Shown here: positions 1-12,021 of the stretch, piece after piece
Layout of the letters: the number at the start of each line of letters is the position of its first letter
Numbering within the stretch: position 1 is the first letter of the stretch
Source of the DNA: Raillietiella orientalis
Taxonomy: Eukaryota
Length of the DNA stretch: 64,000 nt
Reading direction: 5' to 3'
Assembly (NCBI GenBank): GCA_036172245.1
Contig: JAYWIR010000002.1
Span: 2,666,001 to 2,730,000 of the forward strand
Program-made: the position numbers and the translations under genes
Notes under the pieces: generated by a model
The model's input: the letters and a program-made list of their open reading frames with translations, nothing else
Told to the model about the DNA's origin: nothing
Database searches by the model: none

Positions 1-1300
1 TTTCCGTCTTTTTTTATTTATGTATTATCCTTTCCCTCAGGTCCCTACTTTTTGGAAGCCGGCCTGCGTGCCGGTGGTCATCCCGGATGAACCTTGGGAA
101 TTTCTCGTTTTCCAGAGGTTCTTCTCCCCTCTTTCTCGTAGTTTGTTTTTCCAAATAGATGTCTCGGTGTCACCAAGTAAAAACCGAACCTAGGAAACCA
201 CGTTCATCAGCTTCTAAGCAGACGTGGCATCGCTGGAAGTCTTTGATCACAATCTGCTGCTTACTCATCAGGACACTGAATTCGGTGACCCTGCAAGGTG
301 ATACTGCAAAGATGCTTCCGCACAAGTTATAAGGCAGTTGCCTTATAACTTGCACATTGATTCGCGAAACAAGATCGATGGTCTCCTGAAGCCATGGTCC
401 CCTGTCTGCAAGAGAAGCGAGTTAAAACTGCAAAGTCTCCACGGTCGGGTTTGGATGCAGCTTCGATCACGAGTGATTTTCGTAAGAATGGATCTCTTCT
501 TGCAGATACGTCACGGAACCTCGACATTTGAATACACATCGAATTAATACATGTAATACATTTGAATACCTACTGGATGTATCTGATTACTGCTGTCCTT
601 CTACAATTTTTCCTGCATTCGCTCGTTGCACGTTCTTTCAGCTTCCAAGAAGTCGCTTGTTCTTGGATCCCCTTGCCTCTAACTTTGCGTCGAAATTCTC
701 TGATCTAATAACCGGAGATGCTAATTCCGAAGACATCTCGTTCTTCAGGAAGTTCTCACTCATAACTCTCAGCGAAAGCGATTACTGATCTTCCCTGACT
801 CTTCTTATCAGTTTCCCCGATGCCACAAGGCTTTTTTTTTTTTTTTTTTTCCTCGGATCAATTCACCACGGATTTCTTTGGGAAGAATCCTTTATTTTCA
901 ACTTTTAGAGAGAGCACATTCCAAGGATCGAAGCCCTTGCTCGGGACTCGTTTTTTTGCGTCTCGCATCCTCCGACGTTAAAGAACGCATGTAGCCTGCA
1001 TCCTAATCTGTACTTCCGATTAGTTTTATTATCGCGAAAATTGCTTTCGGTTTCGCATAAAACTTCATCCCTGTCGTTAGATGTTTCCATTTCTCAACAG
1101 GAATCCCCTCTTCCCAGAGACACGAACCGGGAAATGCAATACATTTGCAGCAATTCGGATCCTCATTTGAGAATCGCACTCTTCCTTCCGGGAGAATATA
1201 AAGAAAATTTTCATGCACCAGAAACAAAATAAAGAAAAATAAAAAAAAATCTTGCTCATAGGATTTCTCTTCCTCATCTCCGTTCCCCGTAGGCTGACAC
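1..1300 (-). mobile_element. Decayed 3' part of an L1/Tx1-like LINE (RT thumb, C-terminal Cys/His knuckle, 3' UTR with stem-loop and A-rich tail)
   Basis: Frameshifted remnants (EEGIPVEKWKHL..GMKFY; C.HPNPTVETLQ..FSCR..W.ETI), then the CCGGC-ACGCAG-GCCGG hairpin (59-74) and an A-rich end near position 10. Confidence 0.45.
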
Positions 1301-4300
1301 CTGACCGTCATATCATTCAGTAGGGGGTCCAGGTTTCGGACCCTTATTCCCGCACAAATTCGTTTTAGAGATAAACCTTTTTTTTAGAAAGAAAAAAGAT
1401 GCATCCAGATTCTCTCGAAGCTTCTCAGCACACTGGATCAAGCTCTTCAAGAAGCATGCGGGGCGGAATTCCTCCAAGTCCCAGTTTATTATTTTCGTGG
1501 CTGATGGTTTTCCACGATACGACTGTGGCGTGTCTTAGAATACATTTGGTATGGAATTACATAATGCATGTGAAGAAGGAAAAAATCTTCTGCCTACAGA
1601 AAAGACGTCCGGGATGCGATATGGTTTTATCAGCACAACCGACCAATCATCACAATGGCATCGACGTTGCTCACTAATGAAATCCCCACGTGATTTCCAA
1701 CGCAAGTTTGCAAGGAGACCATACCAAGGCTTTCGCGTTTTGTTTATCCCCTCCTGCTTCATGGCCATTGGATTTATTGTTCGACAGATTTTTCCTGCGC
1801 CGACGTCCAAAAGACTGTTTCCCGGAATTGCAACCGAAGAGACGTAGGAATCAAGAATTTCATTCCTCCTTCAAATCTTCAAGGCTTACCGATGAGTAGG
1901 TGTGTAGAGGACGGAGATGAAAAGTGCTGGTGCTAGGGTGCATGTTTGTGTTATTCTGGAAGAGAGCAAACAAAATTGGGCTCACATCATGGGAAGGGAT
2001 CTTTTTTTTTTCTTTTTTCATGCATACTATCAGTCCCTGCTGGCGGGAGCTGAGATCCCATGCGTGAGAACGAGCGTTGGATGAAAAAGTAGGGAGTAGA
2101 CAGAGACGGTTAAAAAAATACAAAAATAACAGAGTCGCGTCCATTGGATGTAAGCCAAAGATTCCTCTACGACGTTCCCTATATCTCTGAGTAAAGTAAA
2201 GGGATGAAAACGGTAGGGGCGAGGCCAGAGATTTCTGCATCCAGCAAATCTCGGATCGGGATCTCTTCGAAGAATGCTGGAACGGCGCCCTGCTTGCTTC
2301 GCAGGTGCTTCTTGTGCAGATTCGAAGTCTAGAAGAGCAGCAGATAGAAGTGCGAGCTTCGAGCGCCTCGCGCGTGAACATCGCGGAAGAACATTGCCTG
2401 GACCCGTGCTCTCACTTCGCGGCCTCAGCCTGCAACCGGTGCGGGCGCTTACGGCTCTCAACCGAAGAAGATCTACTACTCGTTGTAGGTCTTCCGGTTT
2501 AGAGCGTGCGTCGTCCTCAGTCCCGCCATGCCGCTCGTCTTCTGCTGCTGCTCTTGCCCGATCCCGTCCTCGGGCAGACGAAATCTGCAACGTTTGCAGT
2601 CTGCGGATCGTCTTGCAGCTGCTGCTTCCCTGGTGGTTTTGCGAAAGTTGCCTGCCCTTCGTCCTTTGTTTTCCTGTTTCCTCTCCTTGTCGAGGCTCTT
2701 TCTTCCCTGCACCCCGACTTTGGCTGAATGAGAAGCGCAAACACAAGTTCGGCAGCGGAAAACCGGAGACACCGGCAAACACAAGCGACGGACTCGAATT
2801 AACGAGCTCGGAGGTTGTGACGATGATCAGAATTTTCTCTATCTCCCTCTCAAACCCTCTGTCTCTTTGCGATTTCTCCCCTCTCCTTTTTTTTCTTTTC
2901 TGGCAGAGTTCCATCGAGTGACCGAAAGATGGCAGCAATTTGGGATCGTTGGAGCATGGACGGCGTTCTTGGGATCAAAGGAACGTGGAGAACCACAAAA
3001 AAGAAAACTCTCTGCTGGAAGCGACGGCAAGCGTTGCATCGAAATGAAAAAAGAAAAAAAAAAAAAAACCGGATGCTTTTCTAAAGTGTCACCTCGTTCA
3101 AGCTCAGGCGTGGATAATCGCACCCAAACCAATGAACTTTTCGATCCTCTTGAGCTGGAGGAAAACGAACGTGCGTTGCAGCAAACTCAGCTAAATTTTC
3201 AATGCTGGGATTTGCATACTTTTAACTCGAGGGCGACTCTGTGATTTGGAGACTTCCAGTTTCCGTTGCTCTTGCTCCGTCACACGCATGGTGGTCGTCG
3301 CTGTGCGTGGTGGGCTTTTCATGAATCCTTCCCTGAGTTTGCGTCTCGGGCATCGCTGAAGCAGCAGCATCCTCGATCCCAAGCAGCTCGGCGGGTGACA
3401 CCGCCTTAATGTCTACACTTTGACCGAGTCTGCGCGTTGCGTTCCATGCATCCCTCTGAAGACATCAAGCATGTGAAGACCGTGACTTGCAGCAGCGCGT
3501 TTCCTGCTTGCTGCACACGCAGAAGAATGCATTTTCAGCGGGGAGACGTTTGGTGGGAATGCAGCGCCTGCCATCTCTACGGAAAGGGTTTAACGAAACG
3601 GAGCTGCATAAGGGACCCGCCTCACTGCAGAGCACGCGGTTCCCCGCTTTCGTCGATCGCAGATCTCTTTGGACCAGTTTCAATTGCCTTGGACTAAATA
3701 ACTTGCTTCCCCTTAGTTTGATTCACTCGGATTTCATCCTTCAGGGCTTTCCCGCCGTTCACCTGATCTTTTGTTTCGAACGCTCGGTTTCGTTTCAGCT
3801 GATGTTCCATTTTTGAATGAAGCATCGCTGCAGAGTTCTATTAGAGACTAGAAGGTTTTCGTGGGTAAAGATGTGCCAGCGGGAAACTCCGGACACTTTA
3901 GAATCCATTCCAACGGTTCCGTATCGAAGGCGCCATTTTACTTGATTTTTGCTTTTCAGCAGTTGTTGTTTATTTTGTTTTTATTAAGAGCAAGCTTGTT
4001 CTTCTTTTCTCTCTTTCTTTTTTTTTTTTTAAAAAAAAAAAAGACGATTGAGTATGGGGTCCTATGGCCACGCTCAATGAAAAAGTGGTGGTGATGCGCG
4101 ATTCCCAAAGGCAAAAATCATGGCTGAACTCTTTGCTAAATGTTTACGTGCTCATTGAATCATCTGGATTACTGATTCAACTGGGCTGCATGCATTCTGC
4201 TTCTCGCGAGCATCGGAAACTGCTCAACTGTGATAACAAGCACAGTTGCTAATGAGCGAGAACACTGAAATATGAAATTGGTGTTCAGCACAGTTACTAA

Positions 4301-4379
4301 TGATTGCGGATGTTCTCAACTATTAGCAGTTAGCAACATACCTTAAGCACGTCCACGAGTGGTTGGGTGAGCGATTTCG

Positions 4380-6100
4380 TGAATTATTTAATCGAACGAA
4401 CAACCTTCCTCGGTATTCGATTTCCCTCTCCATCCAAGTAAATGACTGATGGGCCAAGGAATGTCCATAAGAACTTCTGTTCCCTGGATTTCCACAAATA
4501 CGAAAACTCCGTTAATGCATGAAGAAGTCCGTTTTGATCCAATGCAGAGACACCACCATGCAATCGTTAATGGCTCGCTTGCGTGATCGTAAGAGTTACA
4601 TAGCAGCGCTGTTGATCTCGGGGACCTCAAAAGACCTCTCTTGCATTGTGCGGGCAGTTTATAAATTCAACCATCTCCCTGAAGTAACATCCACTTGGAC
4701 TTTTTTTTCCCCCCCCCTTTTTTCAAAATTCGAAATTAGCTAATTCTCAGAAATTGAATGCAAATGGAAGCTCATTTTCTGGCAGAGAGCAGTCACATCT
4801 TAGCTCTTGTAGCATCTGGAACTACACGTACTCTCTGCAACTCTCTACCAAGTTTTTCCAGCCGATGAAAAAAAAAACACCTTCTGTCCATTTAGATCTA
4901 TCAGTCTCTGATGCTGATCAGTTCATAAACTTCTTTGCATCCCACTTTCGTTTATGATCTATGCTTCCCATCCTCAATGCCATTTGTGTTTCCAGAAATG
5001 TATTGAATCTGCCTAAGAAGTTTGGACAATACTGGAATACGAATTTCCTCCTTTTCTCGCTGACTCTTTCATGGCTGGCATTTATGAGTCGTCTTTAATG
5101 CAATCAGTCGAAAATCCTTTCTGATGGCGAGTCACATGTTCCTCTTCCCAAGGATTAGCATAGCTAGTTATTGCAAATTCTAGCCATTGTATCGATCCGG
5201 TCTTTCCAAGCTCGGGTTTCTGAAGCACTGTGGAGTCCTTCTCTCCCTCTCTTTTTTTTTTTTCGGATCCTCTTTCCCAGATAGTTTGTTGATGTATGAA
5301 GAAAACACAAGGTGGATTTTTTCGTCTAGCCAGAACAGAACAACTGGTTCTGGAGATCACCACTGAGTACGTTTCATAATCTTCTTCCAAGGTTCACTCT
5401 CAATTCTAAGACATAAGAGTCAACAGCCCACCAAAGCACGTCTCCAGTTATCTCGTGCTGCTCCATATATCAGCACGAGGCACTTTGTGATAATTCCTGT
5501 GTTTTAGATGCAGCAATCCAGCATTTTAGCATATGAATGAGATGAGACGTGCTAATCTGCTAGGACCGAGATAAAAACTTCTGACTGGCAGTTTGAAAAG
5601 ACTTCAGTAGAATAGCATCGATGAGGTGATGATTCCGACCCCGCGAATTTCCATAAAGATGAAAATCCGGACCACTGGAAAACCAACTACCTCAGGAACA
5701 AGGGAAGCGCTGTAGAACGCAAGCGGGAGTTGCATTGAAAATGAACGTAACACTTCTGCCTACAGTTATTGGGTTCAGATAAGAATGGGAAGATCAAGAT
5801 TCTTCAATTATACTTTGAAATTGGTGTTCAGACGAAGCACCCAGAAACTTCCTGTCTCTGTTCCAAATACAAAGAGCACTCGAGATTTTCTTGGGAAGCA
5901 ACAGAGAGGAAGAAAAGAGACGAACTCGAAGATTTCGATAACATCATGCGAGTATCGAGCTTTAGTTTCAGGAACCAACAAACAGGGAGAACATGAAGTT
6001 TCTGGTCTCATGACTTTCCTGATCATTTCATCGAGGATATCTGATAACTTTGACGTTTCTCTTGCCCACACTTTCAAAACCAATAAAAATTTAAATAATC
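4380..6100 (-). mobile_element. Highly decayed APE-type LINE remnant (CR1/L2/Jockey-like: ORF1 end, APE, RT start)
   Basis: Weak motif echoes in the expected order: ORF1-like 5808..6083, ITGDV, PELGKTGSIQWLEFAI (~PLG.SDH..L.F), KWDAKKF, RSTALL..D, VVSLHWIKTD (~LD..KAFD), GIQG. Confidence 0.4.
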
Positions 6101-8162
6101 CTTTCCTGAGGTCTATACCTACTTTTGTGGTGGATGGACCAGAAAGAATGAGCTGAAGATGTCATAATGGCAACCGGTTCCCTACTCGAAATTCTCGAAT
6201 CCTGAAAATTTAACCATCCTGAAAATGGGTTGGAGGAGCTAGATGTGGAATAAAGCATTGTTTGGCTCATCGTCCAAGGAAAGAAGAGAAGAGACCGATG
6301 AGAAAAGGTCACCTGCATGGGTTGTACGCCTGATCAGTTACGAGAGTAAATAAAGATTTGACTCTGCTGGACATGACCATTCGACACGCACATCTCATCA
6401 TCAATGAGTGTGCGGCCACAAAAAAAAAAAAAAGTCTACATGGCTGATGCTGATTCTTTGAATTATGAACCCATCTCGAACGGAAGAGATAGATATATAC
6501 AGAGCAAAGCAAGGCACAGGCTGGAGCACGGACTGACCAAAGCAAACACGGAGAACGGGATAGTCCATAGATCTGGTTATCCTTTCGTTGTTCGGATAGG
6601 TGCTGAAAGTCTCCGTTTGGATAACTCTCGTCCGACATGGCACGATAATTCTCTTACGGCAGGAGATGGTACTGAGTGTGACACCCCAGTCTCAATGTAC
6701 GTCTTGGAGGAAATTGGGAACAGAGTCCGTTTCTCGTTTTCAGGACACGCGTCACCCCAGCAAGATTTTTGAAAATGATGCGACTTGGATGTCACACAGT
6801 GCGCACACCCAATTGAGGAACAGATAAAATAACGTGTGAGCGGTGGTTTTCTCAAAACTGTTTCGCGTGGTCGTGCCAGACGGCAGATGAAAAAACAGAA
6901 GGAAAGGAAAAAAGCAGTCACATGTGCCGGAGCACCACATGTGGTTGTTTCAGACTAATCCTAGCTTCTTTTTATGTCATTATTCCAACACAACTGAGAG
7001 GGAGCAATCATTAATGCGTCTGGTGAGCTAGAGGATCGAGCTCATTTCCTATTCAGCAAGACTCCTTGGCTTCTAATCTGATGAAAAGTCCAGCCCTTTG
7101 GGCACTGGCTAAAGCGAAAGCCAGAGCTTTCGTTTCTACTTATTACTGAGGTCCATTATTCCTTCTTGCATTTCTTCCATTCCTGCCTATGCATCCTCCT
7201 CAGCTATTTCTTTTGATTATCTCGGATAAAGACGCGAATCGATCAAAAAATGAAATCCCAAACTCGGAGTGCGCCACTGACCAGGGTCTGTCTAGCGTAG
7301 CCTCAGGGTCTGTTTACTGGCGAAAGAAGCCTACAGAGGAAAGGGATGCCCGAGCACCTACTTAAATCACACGCAACTGGGAGCTGTGGCGCGCCCTTTT
7401 TTTCCAGCATCCAGGCCAGCTAGATTTCCCAACAAGATCGGTCATGCAACCCGACAGCACTGCTCCGGCGCAGTTTTCCCTCAAGCGATCGAAGTTGCCT
7501 TTTTTTCTTTCTCTCTCTTCCCGCTCAGGCACATCGAGAGCTGCCTGTTCGGTGCGCACGCACTGTCGTTCCGCCGAGGGGCTTGCAACACACTCATCTC
7601 TATATATCAACATAAGTGATCACACAGATGAAGGGTGCGTGACAGTAAACCGGAAGGAGCTCCCAGGGCTATGCCCTGCCGCCGCGGGAAAATGAAACAT
7701 TTTATCCTTTCCTTCCGCCTAGGTTGCTCAACTTGAACATCGAGATGCGTTTTTTTTTCCTGCTTTTGCTTGTTTGTTTGGAGGAGAACCTCTATTTTAC
7801 TCACTCATCCATCCATTCTAAAGGATTCATTCATTCCCCATCAATCATGCGATTTTTTAAAATAGATCGCTGGAAGCACCAGTGGGAAAGTCGCCTGCCG
7901 GAATTTCCGGAAAATTCCGTCGGCTGCCCACTGCTTGAAACCTCCAAAACGCTCCGGCGCTTCCCTTGGAGGAGGTTCTTTTCCCCCCGCTACTTTGCTG
8001 TTTCCGATTTGGACTTTGGTTTCCTGCAGGAAGTACTGCTGCCTTCTCATCCATTCCTGCTTCTCAACCCCGTGCCTGAGGCTGACGTTGCATTAACCCG
8101 GCATCGAAGATGCTCTAGGAGAGCTCCAAGGGTACTGTGACCACACGAGCAGATTGCAAAGA

Positions 8163-8700
8163 GGCAGATTGCAAGCAGTTCCCTGGAGGCATTGTTCAGG
8201 AAGCGCCCTCAGACGGCATCTCTTGTTGCCCAGGGCCGCACGATCGACGGCCCGCGTCGGCGGCTGTGCGCCTGCGGTCCCGCGCATATCACCATGCGTT
8301 GCGGGTTCGAACCCCACCAAGGGAAGGATCCAAATCGAGAACGGGGAGTGCGTCGTGAGTTTCGATTCCTCTCCTCGAGACGGCGCTGGTTGGCCTTGTA
8401 GACTTCGGGTGCGGCGGCACTGCTGGAGGCAGCCGGAATCCCCAGATGCCCCAATGACTGGCCTGGATTGGAAATTGATCCTCCGAGGTCCTTCAAGGAC
8501 ATCAAGGAGCCCTTCGGGGTTCGCCTCTGGTTTCGAAATGGAGCTTCCCTCCCCTCGGAAAGCGAACCTCCGTGGCTGGTATCATGGAGCTGGCTGATAC
8601 CTCTCCAGAGTGCCAAAAAGAGCGCCACTCCCTTTGGGGAGAGTCCTCCAGAGGAATTGGGAAGCGTCCCTTCGGGGTTCTCTTTAGAAAAGTAACAAGA
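8163..8700 (+). repeat. Module B copy 1: dispersed structured non-coding repeat (B-box-like GGTTCGAACCC, cUUCGg hairpins)
   Basis: Aligns by eye to the reverse complements of 14733-15487 and 26236-26993 (e.g. GGCAGATTGCAAGCAGTTCCCTGGAG; TTTCGATTCCTCT..GCTGGTTG..CTTGTAG.CTTCGGGTGC; GAGCTGG.TGAT.CCTCTCCAGA). Confidence 0.85.
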
Positions 8701-8799
8701 AACAGTCCTCTTGCGGGGAGATCCCTATAATGAAAGAGGGACAACCCGAAGACCAGTCCACTATCAACTAAACAGCAGCTCATCGATCATATGGGAAAA

Positions 8800-10129
8800 G
8801 CTGGAAGAGCAGGCAGAGCCAGCGAGAATGATTCTGCAGATGTAAAAAAAATTAATTCAATGAACAAAAAGATAGGCCGCCATTGAGTGACTTTTGTTAT
8901 GTCGCCTCCTTATTAGCAGCAGCTTCATCCTTCCCTCTTGGAACGATGTAGGAAGTTTTCCTTCATGGATGTTAGCGTCAACTCATGGGACAAGAGTAGG
9001 TAGGCGTGCAGATAGCTCTGGTAGGGCGTGATTGGAACGCTATCAGGACCTGCCGCTACATCCTTGCGCAGCCCCATGAACGCATTTCTCACTTCAATAG
9101 AAATGGCTTCTTGAAATTTTCCTTGATGTTGGCTTTTAACCCTTCGGTGTAGATGCTGCAAGATATTTGTTTGTGCCGTTGGGCACGAATCCTGTCGTCG
9201 AAAGTGCGAAGCATAATGGTGGTAAAAGGATTCTGCAATTCCTTCCGACGTGTGCCGAACTTGACCTTCGTACTGGATGCAGAAGACATCAATGGCGATG
9301 TTCTTCTCCAGCACACCAACTTCTCCTTTGGTATTTTTGAAGACGTATCTGCTCTCGTACTGTTGCCAGTATTTCGAGAGCGAGAGATCTTGGATGTTGG
9401 GCTCCTAATACGCCTCCATTCTCCTCTTCCTGTCGTCAAACTGCAGGTTGCTGACAGATATATACTATGCTTCAACGCGTTCCAGCCTGCCACTCTGTGG
9501 ATGGTAGTGTCCCGCAGTATCGTCTCAATAAGTTCCTGGTGACAGGGATGTGTCTCGGACCAGGCGGGCATGCAGATGAGTGCCGCCCTCGCTTCTGCCT
9601 TCCTCCGAGGGTTTTCAGTTTTCAACGTGAATCGAAGCAAGGGGTGGTCCGCGAGCACGAATGGGATGTCTCGGCAGCCTTGCTCACGATTTACGATATC
9701 CCGGCTGTAGAGGCCATGATCTATCGACTTGTGGCTCGCCGTGAGCCACTGCACTCCGAACAGCGATGTTTGCCTCGATGTGGTCCGTAGAAGTTCACCA
9801 AAAACAGCTGGATGTTTGCGGACCAGGACATGCGCACTCCGACAATTCGGCCGAGTCACGGAGAGATTTCCAGGACGGTGTGTGCGATTTCGTTTTTCAC
9901 GAGAATTGCCGCACCTTTGGTCTTCTTTTGTCCCGCGCTTAGGGATAGCTGGACGTTGTTCAAACTCTAGGATGGCCTAGTGCCCGTGGTCGTGAGTTTC
10001 CTTCAGACAGACGATGTGGTCGCGCTCGATCATTCGCGTAACCAGTTTTCGTTTTCCCTGGTTCCATAACCCGTTTGCATTCCAGGAAGCAATTCTAATG
10101 CTCCTGGCAGACGACAGGAAAGAGGCCAT
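8800..10129 (-). pseudogene. L1/Tx1 ORF2 fragment (AP endonuclease plus start of reverse transcriptase)
   Basis: MASFLSSARSIRIASWNANGLWNQGKRK..IVCLKETH; ORF fragments 9089..9859 and 8925..9314; QWRPI motif. Confidence 0.8.
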
Positions 10130-10135
10130 CGGACT

Positions 10136-11609
10136 CTATGTTCCTTTTCTGTTCTTTCTCTTTTGTCTCGGGGTGCTGACTATTTTCCTTTCGGATGATA
10201 GTCTTTCCCTTACTTCACTTTCTGATTCTCTAATTTCTGGATTTTCCTCTTCCTGCAGTTGGTATGCCGCTCTTGCCATTTTCCTTGCTGGCATTGTTCC
10301 TTGTTCGCAAATTTTCAGCTTTGCTTCACCTGGTTTTTCCTCAATTTCGTAACTTGATTTTTCATCAACGAGAGTTTTCTGGATCTCATCCTGCAGCTCG
10401 GCCAGGCGAAGTGCATATTTTGCACGTTCCACCTCCGTATTGCTGGGACAGATCTTCTCCGTGAGCATTGCCACTTCCTGCAAATACTCTTCGGCTTTCT
10501 GCTTTTCAGTTTCGGCAGCACGGCTTTCCTGTTCCTCCCCTACAGTCGGAATAGCAAGTTCTCCTGCTGTTACTTGTTGCTTCCTTCGTTGTTGAGTTTT
10601 CTTTTCTTGTTGCTTTTGCGGAAGTTCTTCTTCTGCTATGACGCTGGTTGGAACCTTCTCTTGCTGTTCTACTTTCTTCCTTTTCCTTTCCTCTACTTCC
10701 GGTAAAGGTGGTAGTCCTCTGGCCACAAACCAGCCTGAATACTTCTCTCATTCCCTTTTTCGGTGACCTTCCAGCTTGCAATGGTAGCATTGCGGAGGTC
10801 TATTGCATTCCTTTATTAAGTGACCACTTTATTACTCTGTCCGCATCTGAAACATTTTGCCTTGGGGCAGGCACCCATTCGGTGTCCAAACTCCTTGCAA
10901 CCTGCACAGAAAGTAGGTTGCAGTCTATACCGTGTTGTGACATCCTACGAGTCCTGGTCAATTGCTATGATGCCTGGAATTTTGGCATCGGCAAACAACT
11001 TAACTTTTACTCTTGCTTCTCCCGAAAAAAAATTCTTCCATATGGTTGCGGAACGCAACCTCTTGGACCTCCCCATATTGTTTTCTTCGTTGTATGACAA
11101 TGTATTTCGATGAGATAGACCGCTGTGTTGGTCAGCTCTCTGGGACCTTGCAACTTCCTACCGTTTATGGTGATTCCTTGCTCGATCAGGAATTCTCTTA
11201 ACTTCTCGTCGGGAGTACACACCGTAAACTCCGTTGCCGAGGAGACGATTGCCTTTATCTTGCTAAAATTAACGTTGAGTTTGTGAAACGCTACATACAC
11301 GTCTCGAATATTCCCGAGACGCAGCATTCCTGTTTTCAAGGTGGCCTGCTTTACGTCCTGGTCAATCTTCCAGACTGGCTCTTCTTCTTTCCCCACTTTA
11401 AACACCGCCGGCCTTATTATGTCTTTTTCGACCGCCGGAGCTGCTGCTGCCACCACCTCATAGGACAGTGGCTGCTCCGGGTCCTCCCTTGGCCCCACCA
11501 AGGCTCCCTCCTTGGAGGGGCCTGGTTTCCCCAAATCCATGGGTCTGGACGTGGATGGTCGTTCCTTCGGATAGTCCACCTGCAACGTTGACGCCTTCGA
11601 TGAACACAA
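10136..11609 (-). pseudogene. L1/Tx1 ORF1 (ZCCHC3-like nucleic-acid-binding protein with 3x CCHC zinc knuckles), frameshifted
   Basis: RYRLQPTFCAGCKEFGHRMGACPKAKCFRCGQS/GHLIKECNRPPQCYHCKLEGHRKRE* (10750-10935), followed by a Glu/Lys-rich coiled tail (ORF 10136..10726). Confidence 0.8.
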
Positions 11610-11727
11610 AGCGGGACGTAGAATAAGTAGATGGTGACGGCAATTGCTATTAAAGCACTACACCTGCTGCTTCTCAAAAATATCTTCCCGGTTCGTGAGA
11701 GCAATTAAGCACCTCGAAGCCAGGACT

Positions 11728-11975
11728 CATACTCGGGTGGAACTTGCCGGTATCCTGAAAAGGATGCAGAGGACTCCCTCCAGCTCCCGGTGATCCTTTC
11801 CCTAACCTTCCCAATTTTTTTGTATATATTTTTTTGTTTTATTTTTATTTCTGTTTGTCCCTTCCCCCTCCGCTGCCGAGGAGAACCTTGCCGGCCTGCG
11901 TGCCGGTTACTCGACAGGTTCTGAACATTTTCGGACAATGTAGGGCCGATGGCCCTATACGTGTTTATTTTCTTA
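11728..11975 (-). repeat. Module A copy 1: retroelement 3'-end-like repeat (stem-loop, A-rich tail, downstream structured segment)
   Basis: Direct repeat of 22709-22960; the core 11821-11950 vs 22801-22930 is nearly identical. Confidence 0.9.
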
Positions 11976-12021
11976 TAATGAACATCTTGACCTGGCAGGT
12001 TGATAAACCGATAATCTGAAA

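Larger units (their letters stand above)
8790..11700 (-). mobile_element. Decayed L1/Tx1-clade non-LTR retrotransposon (ORF1 plus 5' part of ORF2), truncated in RT
   Basis: ORF1 has three CCHC knuckles. ORF2 ATG (10129) lies 6 nt after the ORF1 stop and gives APE motifs (IASWNANGL, IVCLKETH, SIDHGL..LADH), pre-RT AAGPDSVP and RT start GDITKVTQWRPIFL (~8870-8910). Multiple stops and frameshifts; ends approximate. Confidence 0.85.

Noticed and set aside
2030-2938. Longest ORFs in the track (302 aa and overlapping 215 aa)
   Set aside because: Low-complexity Arg/Ser-rich translations in GC-rich repeat-like DNA with no recognisable domain; probably spurious or TE debris.
7066-7125. CTGATGA...GAAA hammerhead-like core
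   Set aside because: Stems II and III can be sketched, but no stem I forms in either topology.
6400-7250. Possible plus-strand RNase H/CCHC end of another LINE
   Set aside because: Motif echoes are too weak to support a call.
8255-8325. tRNA gene at the B-box motif
   Set aside because: No acceptor stem, D-arm or anticodon arm can be folded; at most tRNA-derived.
11860-11915. Twister-ribozyme resemblance in module A (TAAC...CCGG...GGAGGG)
   Set aside because: It lacks the conserved L4 loop (UCCCAAGC-like) needed for both pseudoknots.
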